IMG/VR virus record: IMGVR_UViG_3300035208_002853
Span: 24,033 to 88,032 of that record
DNA: 64,000 nucleotides
Direction: 5' to 3' (one strand)
From: a virus
Taxonomy: Duplodnaviria; Heunggongvirae; Uroviricota; Caudoviricetes
The translations under genes and the position numbers were made by a program. Under the pieces are notes generated by a model. That model was not told the origin of the DNA and ran no database searches. It was given only the letters and a program-made list of their open reading frames with translations. The number at the start of each line of letters is the position of its first letter. The first letter of the stretch is position 1. Shown here piece after piece: positions 38,934 to 48,825 of the stretch.

Positions 38934-40435
38934 TTTAAAAACCCTCTTCTAAAAGAAGTTTTTCAATTTCTTCGGTAGCTTGCTCCTTATATTCCTGAAA
39001 CGTTTTACTCGGAAAACCGGAGTCTTTAATTTTTTCAATTAATATGATAACTTTACATCGTTCATCTATCGCGATCTCTAATAATTTCTTCTCTTTACTA
39101 CTCACACTTATCACTCTCCTGATCCATTTTATCTACACATTCACTGGAACAAAAATATCCTTGATAGTTAATCTCGACAAAGTGTGTCGGAAATCCACAA
39201 ATAGAACATGGTTCAACTACATTACTATAAATTAAACCCTCGCGAACTTCCTCTAGGTGTTTTGCGACAGAGAACAAGGTCTCAAAAATCAATAATTCTC
39301 ACTCCTTAAAAATCGCTATTTTACTCGCGATGTTGGTATGCAACAAAAATATTCCTATCATTACTTTTTCTTTGTCGTCGAAGTCGTTCAATTGTATAAA
39401 ATTTTGGACATAATTTTTATCTGGTGGGGCAGTTTTTATATGCGCGGCCCACAAAGAATTAAATCTACTGATTGATTCTTGCGAGATTTCCAGGGAGCGA
39501 AATACGTCTTGAAGACTAGAATCAAGAACAAAGGTATAAAAAGTCTGAAGAGTACTCATTCACCCACCTTAAATGGACAATTTTCTTTTTGACATTCGTT
39601 GTTCTCTAGACGATTTTCTTCCCGAATTAGACAACCTATGTATTCCGCGGGATAGTATATAAATGGACACCTGACATTGTTTAGTTTAATTATCACGGTC
39701 CAGTTCTCTTTTGGATATTTAACATCTACCATGCGTATCCTCCCTTATTCGGTCTCCGTCACACATAATTTTCTCAGCTAAGATATCTGTCTCGCTTCTG
39801 TAATAAGTAGTACCACTACAAATTGATTTCTCCGATAGATACTTTTGAGACGGTTTCCGCCAGCCTATCGGCAATTCATAGACGGATGCAATATCATGAT
39901 GCCAATTTCTTGCTCCTGCGGGATCTGCATAAGATAATTTTGCTTTTTCTTCCAATGCAGCCAGGATAGCCTTCTTAGATATAGTAAATTCTATTCTAGA
40001 ATTGGGACTCCTAGAATCAGTACTTTGCCGAATAATGGCATATCTTCTTCTCATAGTTTCATCTCCATAAATTCTTTTAATTCCTCGGGACTCAAATAAC
40101 TTTCCCAGGGTTTTTCATAAATCAAAGATTTATATCTTATTGGAAATCCACAAAGAGTTCCTTTTACCACGACGCTTAATTCCAAAATTTCATTATTAAC
40201 TACGTCCATTTCAAGACCAAAATCATATTCTATCTTACATTTTAAGGTAAATGACTTCATACTCTAAACACCACCGCGCCACTTCTAAAGAATATTCTTC
40301 CCGCATTAATTTGCTGGGTTGGATATTTCTCTTTTTGATAAATTAACTTCTTTTCCCTTAAAGGAACCCTACATTTAGGACACTCATCTCTGGATGAAGA
40401 AAAGAAATGGCCACACGAGGAACAATATCCCATAA

Positions 40436-40840
40436 TTACTCCTCCAGAAATCTTTTAGGAATCATGCTTGTCTCATTAAATATACCTTTCAATTCAGTTT
40501 GAATATGAGAAATCCTCTCCGCCAGAAATAATCTCATCTCGTTTTGATAATCCTTCTCTGCCAATAGGTCTCTATACATCGCATCTTTATCTTCTATGGT
40601 CAGGTCCGATCTCATTTCTCCCACGGATAACTCTATAGCGGAAAGGGACTCTTCCATAGATTTTAAAACATCTTTGTACACCTTGTCAGATTCCATATTA
40701 TGAGCCGAAATGTAATCCAATCTCTGGATATCTTGGATCATGTGAGCGCAGGCGGTTCTCATTTTCTCCGTAGTAAAGACATCGCATTTCATGTTATATC
40801 TCTGAACCAGCAGAGAATAAATAGTTGGCGGTGGGAACAT
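40436..40840 (-). CDS. hypothetical protein
   Basis: ORF; its 5' end contains the plus-strand promoter of the resolvase gene. Confidence 0.35.
   Translation of the reverse strand: MFPPPTIYSLLVQRYNMKCDVFTTEKMRTACAHMIQDIQRLDYISAHNMESDKVYKDVLKSMEESLSAIELSVGEMRSDLTIEDKDAMYRDLLAEKDYQNEMRLFLAERISHIQTELKGIFNETSMIPKRFLEE
40813..40833 (+). promoter_or_regulatory. plus-strand promoter AGAATAAATAGTTGGCGGTGG driving the resolvase gene
   Basis: Same 23-mer family as 1855/63593; followed by TTAGTACATATT leader-like element and ATG at 40874. Confidence 0.45.
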
Positions 40841-40873
40841 TTAAATATTATTAGTACATATTCATTTCTTGTT

Positions 40874-41350
40874 ATGACGCAAATGGAAGCAAATTTAGTC
40901 AAGTCTTTAAATTCTTTTTTTATAGAACAAAAAATTAAAGCCTTTGCCTTCCGCCAGTACCAGGCTAAATTTGGCCTCGGTCAAGTTGCGGACATTCTTT
41001 GTGACAGCTTAGACAAAAGGTTTTACTCTATGATTGAAGCCAAATCAATGGATACGTCAACAGGAGTTAAAACATTTAACTTTAAATCGCGCTTTGATGA
41101 AAGTAAAGAAGGGTTTCAGCTTGTAAGGGAAAACGCTTTTTGCGAATTAACGGGAAGAAAAGGAATTCTTGCTTTAGAATTAAGAAATGGCGTAGGAAAA
41201 TCGCGGGATTGTTATTTTATCCCATTATGTGAGGTCTATAACCTCTGGAAATCAGGCGAAAAATCACTAAAAATGAAAGATATAATCAGTTATCCAAAAT
41301 TAAAAAGAAAAAAAAGTTTATATGTGGTTGACGAAGAAATATTTATGTAG
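40874..41350 (+). CDS. Hjc-like (archaeal-type) Holliday-junction resolvase / PD-(D/E)xK nuclease
   Basis: GQVADILCDSLDKRFYSMIEAKS resembles Hjc catalytic D...E.K core; lone plus gene in minus block. Confidence 0.45.
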   Translation: MTQMEANLVKSLNSFFIEQKIKAFAFRQYQAKFGLGQVADILCDSLDKRFYSMIEAKSMDTSTGVKTFNFKSRFDESKEGFQLVRENAFCELTGRKGILALELRNGVGKSRDCYFIPLCEVYNLWKSGEKSLKMKDIISYPKLKRKKSLYVVDEEIFM

Positions 41351-41654
41351 GAACCGAACTCCCTACATAGGCTCTCTTTGGACTCACATTTCCCATAGGC
41401 TTTCCATCTCTTTCGTCATTCTCCATAAAGGCTCTCTGAGAGGGAGTCCACTGAGACATTAGGCCGCCGCTCATAAACCAATATCCATCTCCACCACTAA
41501 AAATCGCATCAATTTCTTCCAACGAAAGATTACCAAGTTCTTTCACTACTGGCATTCCACCGTTAGTCTTAATGAAATCCTCGGCGGAAACTATACTCAT
41601 AGCCATAATAGAGGCTATTATAAACATCGTAGTCAAAATCTTCTTCATCATCAT
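41343..41654 (-). CDS. secreted small protein
   Basis: MMMKKILTTMFIIASIMAMSIVSA signal peptide. Confidence 0.4.
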   Translation of the reverse strand: MMMKKILTTMFIIASIMAMSIVSAEDFIKTNGGMPVVKELGNLSLEEIDAIFSGGDGYWFMSGGLMSQWTPSQRAFMENDERDGKPMGNVSPKRAYVGSSVPT

Positions 41655-41933
41655 TTATACACCTTTTTGTTAATTCTAAGTTTGAATTTATTCTATTTAT
41701 AGGTTGCGGTTGTTTCTGTTGTAACACTCTTCTCTGGTAGTCCAAGATTTAACTTTCTTCGAAAAACAAATAGAGCAAATCAACTCATCGTGAGGCTTTA
41801 AATGCCAGTTACACTGGAGAAAGGCTCGCATGGAGAATCAAATAATCAAGAACTAAAAAGAGAGATTTTAAAAAAGTGAATTAAATCATGGTGCCGTCCA
41901 CAGTCACACGTCTCTCCCAATTCAAGCCATCTC

Positions 41934-42023
41934 CTAATTTTCAGTAATTGACCGTATGTATACAACATTTCCTACAGTGCAATACTCAGATACATCATCA
42001 GATTTATTTTTTTTCCATTCCAT
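41934..42023 (-). CDS. 29-aa small ORF with near-perfect SD (AAGGAGGTGA, 7-nt spacer)
   Basis: MEWKKNKSDDVSEYCTVGNVVYIRSITEN; below the 60-aa cutoff of the ORF track. Confidence 0.3.
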   Translation of the reverse strand: MEWKKNKSDDVSEYCTVGNVVYIRSITEN

Positions 42024-42052
42024 TTTTTTATCACCTCCTTCCAACAAAAAAC

Positions 42053-42340
42053 TTAGTTTCTCGTAAAACTATCCGGCAGCGGAGTCCATTCATTGGACCA
42101 ATTTTGAAGCTCTGGATCTGAAGGAGTATTATTCTGCCTGACAACCTTCGGGTCCCACACATAATGAGACGGCCCAAGAGGTCCAACATCAAATGCAGAT
42201 GAGTTAAAGACGCTTCCATTTATTCCAGAAATGGAAATTGTTGGGGTATCCGCTGGTCCCGTCTGCAATACTACTCCCGCGGGTCCACTTACTGCTCCGG
42301 CCATTCCTATCAGGGCAAAAAGGATTAGAAGGAACTTCAT
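42053..42340 (-). CDS. secreted small protein
   Basis: Start re-assigned to MKFLLILFALIGMAGAVSG (signal peptide); ATGA overlap with upstream ORF. Confidence 0.4.
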   Translation of the reverse strand: MKFLLILFALIGMAGAVSGPAGVVLQTGPADTPTISISGINGSVFNSSAFDVGPLGPSHYVWDPKVVRQNNTPSDPELQNWSNEWTPLPDSFTRN

Positions 42341-42858
42341 CCCGTAACCACCCCAGGACCAGCTATCTTTCTCCTTATCTCTCCAGTAGCCCACACTCTC
42401 AACCCGTCGCGACCAAAATCCTTGTACCAAGATAGTCGGGTCCATTCCATCCGACCTTTTGCATCAGAAAGAAGAATTGCGTCAGAATCGCCCTCATAGA
42501 GTTCTCCTATGAGATCTTCATCCAGAATGGCTTTAATAACCATATCACCCTTCTTGACCGGAAGATTACCTTCCTCATCGGACTCTATGGTAATAATCTT
42601 CTTCCCGCGCTTTACTTTAACGGCGGCAACCAAATCTACCACATGCCAACCTTGGGGCATCTTGCCTCCGGTGGGGTCTTTCGCTCCTGGTCCAGAATAT
42701 TCCAAACACGAATTCCAATCGTCTCCAGACTCGGTGGTGGGGATATTGTCGGTGTTCCCAATCTCGTTTACGGTTCCGCAAGGACACTTCCAAGTGCCAC
42801 AAGTGACGCAATCGGGTATTTCCGATTCCATCTTACATTTCGTGCATATATATTTCAT
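42337..42858 (-). CDS. Zn-ribbon hypothetical protein
   Basis: CTKCK...CVTCGTWKCPCG. Confidence 0.4.
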   Translation of the reverse strand: MKYICTKCKMESEIPDCVTCGTWKCPCGTVNEIGNTDNIPTTESGDDWNSCLEYSGPGAKDPTGGKMPQGWHVVDLVAAVKVKRGKKIITIESDEEGNLPVKKGDMVIKAILDEDLIGELYEGDSDAILLSDAKGRMEWTRLSWYKDFGRDGLRVWATGEIRRKIAGPGVVTG

Positions 42859-43030
42859 TTGTTTCGCATCTCCTCAGAGACTAAAACTAGATTATGGTTT
42901 AAGATGTATTTAAGGTTTGGGGAGAATTTCTACCAATACTGGTTCTTGTTTACCGGGAGGTTGTCTCGTCCACAAGACTTTATATTCCTTCCCGTCTTCA
43001 CTTTCGATAACTTGTTCTTTCATGAGGACC

Positions 43031-43639
43031 TCAAATTACTATGATCAGCGGTAAAATATCTACAATCTTTTTATTGTAGGGATCGTAATACACCCTTGTC
43101 TTTTCGTCCAGCCAAAACACATTGTATGCCGCTCCGGGTTCGCCTTCTTTATATCCTCCCGCTACTCCTATGGGACACCCCGCAAACTTTTCCTTTACCT
43201 TATCTCTAATTTCATAGGGATCGACCGTTTCCAGTCCCTCCAAGAACATAAGTAGAGCTTCGCGAGAGCAGAGTTGATACTCGGCGGGGAATATCCCTAT
43301 GTAGCAATTTTTGGGGAACATTAACCCAGAGGAACCAAATGTTCTTTCCTTCTTCTTAGGTTCCTGAAAACTGAATCCAGAGTCCACAAATAGCGTATCT
43401 GAGTACGGAGGTCTTCCAGTCTCTATCACACTATTTATAATATCTTGAACGAGAAGAGTGGCAGGAGATACTTCCTCTGTTCTGTGTGAAACATCTATAG
43501 GATACTCCACATCTAATTTAATCGGATCTACCTGCGGGTCAGGAACTATACCCAGTATCCTCTCGGAGAAACTTTTCTTCTTGGACGACATAATCTCGAA
43601 TAAACGCAGTGATAGTATTTTAAGGTTTCGGTACGGCAA
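43031..43639 (-). CDS. hypothetical protein
   Basis: ORF with GGTTTAAATAGG promoter motif upstream (43652-43665). Confidence 0.4.
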   Translation of the reverse strand: MPYRNLKILSLRLFEIMSSKKKSFSERILGIVPDPQVDPIKLDVEYPIDVSHRTEEVSPATLLVQDIINSVIETGRPPYSDTLFVDSGFSFQEPKKKERTFGSSGLMFPKNCYIGIFPAEYQLCSREALLMFLEGLETVDPYEIRDKVKEKFAGCPIGVAGGYKEGEPGAAYNVFWLDEKTRVYYDPYNKKIVDILPLIIVI

Positions 43640-43715
43640 GATTCCTAGCGAAACCTATTTAAACCATTGGGACAAAACTCAAGGTTCACCTCTTTATAGG
43701 TAGGTTAGGTTTACA

Positions 43716-46124
43716 ATGGTCTCTCTTATTCAACAATATATAGACAAAGGTTGGGGCATTATCCCCATTCGGCCCAAAGGACATATAAATGAAAAAACAG
43801 GGGAGTCGGATGAAAAAGCACCCTTTGTCACCTGGGGAGGCTATAAAAGTAGTAATGGGCATAAACCTGATGAAGACCAAATTCTTCAGTGGTTATCTCA
43901 ATTTGATCGCGCAGACTGGGCCGTGCTAACAGGTTATGATAATCTTGTTTTAGTAGACATAGACGACCCCAATCTTTATGATCTCTATCTTTCTGATTTT
44001 AAAAAGTGTTTAATGAGAACCCCATCTGGCGGGATGTCTTTTCTTATTAGGAGTACGGTAGTTCCTAAATTTCATGCCCGTATAAATGGAGTCGCCGTAG
44101 ATATTAAAGGTATAGATGGGTATGCCATTCTTCCGTCTCGCGACTTGAGTCAAGAAGAAATAGATCTGGAAGAGAAAGAAGAAAAAGAAGGGACCAAAAG
44201 AGATTTTATACGTCATTGGATTAACTCTGAAGAGCCAGAAGAAATAGAAGACATCTATAGACACCTTGAATCGGTGTTACCTCTCATTAAGCCGGATGTT
44301 AAACCGGGAAAAGGAATTCCTACTGCTCTGGCATGGGCAAGAGAACATAATTTACAAATTGCTTATGATGGTGGAAGATATATCCAAGTTTTGTGCCCCC
44401 ACCATGAGGATACAAAACCATCAATGAGTATATATGCAGATGGATATTTTTGTCACAGCTGCCGGGCAACGGGTGGGTTGTTTTCTCTCATTAAATCTTT
44501 CAGTAATAAAACCGACGATGAGATCTATGCCGATTTTCCAGGGATTAAAAAGCAAAAGAAGACAATAACAGATAATGTAATAGAAATCGTGGGGAACAAC
44601 GTATCATTAGTAAAGGATCAAAACAATAACAGCTACTTCAAACTTCACGACTATTCTGAAATAGGAATAAATCTATTACCAATTACTTCTAAGATCACAA
44701 AATATTGGATTGCAACCACCGCAGAAAAAGTTATAGATAAGCTCCCATCTGAAAGCGTTTTATCCTATGTAATAAAATATTATGATGGAAAATGTATGGC
44801 TACCGGAGAAAAAGCAAAAATATTCCGCCGAGTGGGAGGGGATCTAGCTGGAAAGGTGGTCTGGTATGATCTCGGAAATAACAATTTTGTAAAAATAACA
44901 CCTGATGGGATTGGGGTATATCCTTACTCAGATGTTACTTTTATTAGAGAAACCAATCAAGGGACTCAGAATGTTCCAACAAAGAAAAATATTAAAAGTA
45001 TCTTTAAGTTATTTAATATCATAAACGTAAAAGACGAGGCACAAAAAGTTTTACTTCTAACGTGGATAGTCAACTCGTTACTTCCCTGGGCTCAGAGTCC
45101 CATTCTTCTGTTGTGTGGTACTCGAGGTTCGGGAAAATCTTTTATGGGACGTATAATTAAAAGAACTCTAGATCCCGTGGAAGGAAACGCATCTGAGCTA
45201 TTGGTAAACAAACCGCAGGATTTAAATTATTTAATAGGATTACTTTCGCATAACGCCGTTGCTGTTTTAGATAACATCAGCAGAATTGATAGAGCTACGG
45301 GTGACGTACTATGTAACGTGGTTACTGGTGGTGTAATTTCTACTAGGGAATTGTATACCACCAATGATCAAATATTAATTGATATCCGTTCAAAATTAAT
45401 TATTACAGCCATCAATTCTCAAATATTTGATACCGGAGCAGGAGATCTCGCGGAAAGGACCGTAAGCATAGAAATTTCCAGACCTGAATCAAATTATTTA
45501 TCCGAAGAATGGCTAAATGAGGAATTTGAAACCTATAGGAGCGAAATATTTGGTGCGATCCTTGAACTCATACGCGGATACCTACAGAAAGGAATTCCCA
45601 GAAAGGGCGAGGTATCCGAATTTAGACTGACTACGTTTGCTTCCGTAGGGCGCTATATTTCAGACGTACTAGGATTAAAACCTAGCTTTGATGTCGCTTA
45701 CAGACTGAGCCAGGCTGGAATGTGCCAGACCTCATTGGAAGCAGAACCCGTTACTGAATTCTTTGTTGATTTCGTAAGAAAATATGGAGGCGTAGACTTC
45801 AACAACAATTCAGGATGGGGTATTTCTTCGGATGTATTATTCGGTAAATATTTCAACCAATGGATGATAGAAAACAATAGCGGTGGCATGGACAAAAAGT
45901 TACCTGCAACATCAAGCTCTCTATTAAATAGATTAAAGAGAATAGAACCTGATCTAAAGAGAATCTACTCAATTGTTATTGAGCCCCAAGGAGTCCATAG
46001 AGGAAAGAAGTGGTACAGGTTGTATTGTAAGGACCTTGAAATGCTTAACGAGGGAGCAGAGGAAGAGATCTTGGAGAAACAAACATCTATCGAGAAAGAT
46101 AGTAACGAGGAAGCGGGATGGTAA
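43716..46124 (+). CDS. primase-polymerase (prim-pol) / CHC2 zinc-finger / SF3 (D5-like) helicase fusion replication protein
   Basis: N-terminal prim-pol-like region (VLVDIDDP...), CPHHEDTKPSMSIYADGYFCHSCRATGG (CHC2 Zn finger), Walker A LLCGTRGSGKS with downstream SF3-like region; 802 aa. Confidence 0.75.
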   Translation: MVSLIQQYIDKGWGIIPIRPKGHINEKTGESDEKAPFVTWGGYKSSNGHKPDEDQILQWLSQFDRADWAVLTGYDNLVLVDIDDPNLYDLYLSDFKKCLMRTPSGGMSFLIRSTVVPKFHARINGVAVDIKGIDGYAILPSRDLSQEEIDLEEKEEKEGTKRDFIRHWINSEEPEEIEDIYRHLESVLPLIKPDVKPGKGIPTALAWAREHNLQIAYDGGRYIQVLCPHHEDTKPSMSIYADGYFCHSCRATGGLFSLIKSFSNKTDDEIYADFPGIKKQKKTITDNVIEIVGNNVSLVKDQNNNSYFKLHDYSEIGINLLPITSKITKYWIATTAEKVIDKLPSESVLSYVIKYYDGKCMATGEKAKIFRRVGGDLAGKVVWYDLGNNNFVKITPDGIGVYPYSDVTFIRETNQGTQNVPTKKNIKSIFKLFNIINVKDEAQKVLLLTWIVNSLLPWAQSPILLLCGTRGSGKSFMGRIIKRTLDPVEGNASELLVNKPQDLNYLIGLLSHNAVAVLDNISRIDRATGDVLCNVVTGGVISTRELYTTNDQILIDIRSKLIITAINSQIFDTGAGDLAERTVSIEISRPESNYLSEEWLNEEFETYRSEIFGAILELIRGYLQKGIPRKGEVSEFRLTTFASVGRYISDVLGLKPSFDVAYRLSQAGMCQTSLEAEPVTEFFVDFVRKYGGVDFNNNSGWGISSDVLFGKYFNQWMIENNSGGMDKKLPATSSSLLNRLKRIEPDLKRIYSIVIEPQGVHRGKKWYRLYCKDLEMLNEGAEEEILEKQTSIEKDSNEEAGW

Positions 46125-46366
46125 ATAAATGTATTTGGTGCGGCTCGGAGGATACGTACTTCGAGCAAGATACGCATAATAAAACAACTAAGGATGGAAC
46201 GGATTACGGAGTCTTTATTTGTAACAACTGCCATCAAATTCAATTTTGGTTTTTTAAGATTAAAGGAGGAGTTAATGTTGCAAACGGAAAACTTACCATA
46301 AAACATAAGGAACCAAAAATTGTTTTTATAAATCAATGGGATGGTCCAGTAACTCAATTTCTTTAG
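46118..46366 (+). CDS. Zn-ribbon small protein
   Basis: CIWCG...CNNCH; ATGA-type coupling to replication gene. Confidence 0.4.
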   Translation: MVNKCIWCGSEDTYFEQDTHNKTTKDGTDYGVFICNNCHQIQFWFFKIKGGVNVANGKLTIKHKEPKIVFINQWDGPVTQFL

Positions 46367-46894
46367 AATCACATAGAGCAATCCTCAAAATTAACTGGAA
46401 GACCCATAGATACTTACTATACACATATTATTATTAAAAACGCGAAAGAAATGTTTGCGAGAAGATTAGATTTTACTGAAGTAATCGACGCTTTTAATAA
46501 AAAGGTTTTGAAGGAAATCGCGGAGGAGAGATGATCACTAAAGAAGAGACAAAAATTGTTGCCTCCTTGGCACCAATTACAGAAGAATTTTTAAGGGAAA
46601 ATGTTACAGATATGAGTGAGGCGTGTTTCCTGGCGGCAATGGCGACTATGGGATTCCACAAAAGCGTGATGATAGAATTACTCGAAAAATATAATAGGTT
46701 ATTCCTTTATGCAATACAAAGGCGTTATCCTTAAGTAGGATTAAGTAGTGGTTAGAGGTATGATATTCGAACCTGGGGATTCCGACGAGTTAGACTTTGC
46801 GATGGACGTTGTGGGCGAAAGCGTAGGCGATCCTGAGCCAACAATGGCAGTTCTAAGGCGCTTGAGAGATGCAGCAAAAATGGAGGGATATTAG

Positions 46895-47140
46895 ATGGAA
46901 GAAGATGTTATTATAGGGGAAGACGATTGGGCTCCAATCCCACCAATCCGAAGTTACAAAATGGTAATGGTCCCGCCAGAGAAATATGCGACGCTAAAAT
47001 CTATTACCGAAGAAATTGTTAATAGAAGTTGGTTCTCGGCGGACTGGCCGATGGAATGTAAAATATGCGGAGAGGTTTATCCGAACCATTATGAGTTTTG
47101 TTTAGTGTTAAAGGCTAAGAAGGTATTGGAGGAGGTATGA
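46895..47140 (+). CDS. hypothetical protein
   Basis: ORF; its stop overlaps the ATG of the disrupted small gene (GTATGA). Confidence 0.4.
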   Translation: MEEDVIIGEDDWAPIPPIRSYKMVMVPPEKYATLKSITEEIVNRSWFSADWPMECKICGEVYPNHYEFCLVLKAKKVLEEV

Positions 47141-47235
47141 AGAAATGTTTGATCTATTATCATGGGTGTTGGGGGTTGCGCTTGGTGTGTGCGGCACGTA
47201 TTTTGTCATCGCAGGTCGGAGATGAATTGAAATAA
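47137..47235 (+). pseudogene. 5' fragment of small Zn-ribbon gene disrupted by the TnpB element
   Basis: GGAGGAGG SD + ATG AAG AAA TGT TTG ATC TAT then reads into the element; joins in frame with 48666..48800 to give MKKCLIYCESCGY...CPEDTDCGSG. Confidence 0.4.
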
Positions 47236-47297
47236 TCTCGCGCCTATAATTAAGCGAAACCTTTAAATACTATTACAGCATAAATCAAACTACTTCT

Positions 47298-48455
47298 ATG
47301 AAGAAATCCTATAAATTTCGGGTGTTTCCAACTAAGGCTCAACAACATCTCTTAGAAGAAACTCTCGATCTTTGTAGGTGGACCTACAATCAAACCTTGG
47401 CCTACAGAAAGAACATGTGGGAATCAGAGAAAAAGAACGTTTCTAAGTACGATTCCCATCTTTTGCTTCCAACATGGAAGGCTGAAAGGCCAGAGTTGAA
47501 AGGCGTATTTTCTCAGGTTCTACAAAACGCCCAAGAAAGGATTGACCTCGCTTTTAAGGCTTTCTTTAGACGAGTCAAAAACCATGAAAATCCTGGATAT
47601 CCTAGATTTAAAGGAAAGGGGAACTATGACTCGTTTACGTACCCTCAAAGCGGATTCTCTGTAAAGGATAACAAAACTCTTTACCTCTCCAAAATCGGAG
47701 ATGTCAAGATAAAGATTCATAGAGAAATTGAGGGCCAAATAAAAAGGTTGACCGTCCTTAGAACCATACGGAACAAATGGTATGTTACGTTCTCCGTAGA
47801 ACAAGAAACTATATTCATACCTTCTGATAACGGTCCAGTAATCGGAATTGATCTTGGGTTAGAAAGCTTTTTAACATTCTCAGATGGCAGCAAGGTTGAT
47901 AATCCAAGGTTCTTCCGATCTGAAGAACATTTATTGGCTAAGAAACAGAGTCGAAGAGACAAACTCCCTAAAGGCTCCGTAGAAAGGAAGAAAACAACAA
48001 GGGTTATCCAGAGAATTCATGAGAGAATAACCAATAAACGTTCTAATTTTGCCCATCAACTCAGTCATAAATTAGTAACAAAATATTCTGTAGTTTGCTT
48101 AGAAGATCTTAATATAAAATCAATGCTCAGAGATGGAACACGCGGACTGTCTAAGTCTATCTCAGACGCTTCTTGGAATCTTCTACTCCGATTAATTTCC
48201 TACAAGGCTGAAAGTGCCGGTTCGAAAGCGATCTTTGTAGATCCTCGAAATACGTCTCAGATGTGTTCTTTCTGCGGAGCGATGGTTCCGAAGCAGTTAA
48301 AGGACCGAATCCATAAATGCCCATTCTGCGGCTTAGAAATGGACCGAGACAAAAACGCTGCTATAAATATACTCAGATTGGGATTACAATCTGTCGGTAA
48401 AACCGATCTTAGATCGGAAGTCCGTAGAAGCCCCATCTTTCAGGATGGGGAATGA
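47298..48455 (+). CDS. tnpB: TnpB (IS605 OrfB-type RNA-guided RuvC-like nuclease)
   Basis: IGIDLGLESF (RuvC-I), CLEDLNIK (RuvC-II), CSFCG...HKCPFCG Zn finger, DRDKNAAINIL (RuvC-III). Confidence 0.85.
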   Translation: MKKSYKFRVFPTKAQQHLLEETLDLCRWTYNQTLAYRKNMWESEKKNVSKYDSHLLLPTWKAERPELKGVFSQVLQNAQERIDLAFKAFFRRVKNHENPGYPRFKGKGNYDSFTYPQSGFSVKDNKTLYLSKIGDVKIKIHREIEGQIKRLTVLRTIRNKWYVTFSVEQETIFIPSDNGPVIGIDLGLESFLTFSDGSKVDNPRFFRSEEHLLAKKQSRRDKLPKGSVERKKTTRVIQRIHERITNKRSNFAHQLSHKLVTKYSVVCLEDLNIKSMLRDGTRGLSKSISDASWNLLLRLISYKAESAGSKAIFVDPRNTSQMCSFCGAMVPKQLKDRIHKCPFCGLEMDRDKNAAINILRLGLQSVGKTDLRSEVRRSPIFQDGE

Positions 48456-48665
48456 TCACGAACCCAGATTTATTACCAGATGATATTATTTCCGACCTAT
48501 GTAACAATCTCGGAATCGACCCAGGAGATGACAAAAGTTCTAAAATCATAGAAGAAATGACTCCAGATCAAGTACTTAAATGCGTCTGTAATTGGAACGG
48601 ATTGATAGGATATTCTCAGAAAATAAAATATTGGGTTGATAGCATTTATCAGAGGGGAGTTTAAT
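48456..48665 (+). ncRNA. candidate omega-RNA / right-end region of the TnpB element
   Basis: By analogy with IS200/605 elements, where the guide RNA is encoded at the 3' end of tnpB plus RE; the track ORF 48452..48664 here ends exactly at the element boundary and may be fortuitous. Confidence 0.25.
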
Positions 48666-48800
48666 TTGATCTATTGTGAATCCTGCGGGTACTCTGAAGA
48701 TAGACCGCTCTATAATTTAAAAATATGGTGTTCCTTATGGAAGATTTCTGTATGTCCGGAAGATACAGACTGCGGAAGCGGGATACCAAAAGGGGAATAA
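48666..48800 (+). pseudogene. 3' fragment of the disrupted small Zn-ribbon gene
   Basis: TTG ATC TAT TGT GAA TCC TGC GGG ... CPEDTDCGSGIPKGE*; in frame with the 5' fragment once the element is removed. Confidence 0.35.
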
Positions 48801-48825
48801 TCTTTTTTTAAAAGGGGAGATTTGA

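Larger units (their letters stand above)
47154..48670 (+). mobile_element. IS200/IS605-family (IS1341-like, tnpB-only) insertion, about 1.5 kb
   Basis: Flanked by direct repeat TTTGATCTATT (47148-47158 and 48665-48675), TTGAT immediately 5' of the left end; GC-richer left end; carries intact tnpB. Confidence 0.5.

Noticed and set aside
48452-48664. 70-aa ORF overlapping the tnpB stop as a bona fide protein
   Set aside because: It lies entirely in the element's right-end region, where IS200/605 elements encode the guide RNA, and it ends exactly at the proposed element boundary. It is kept only as a low-confidence alternative.
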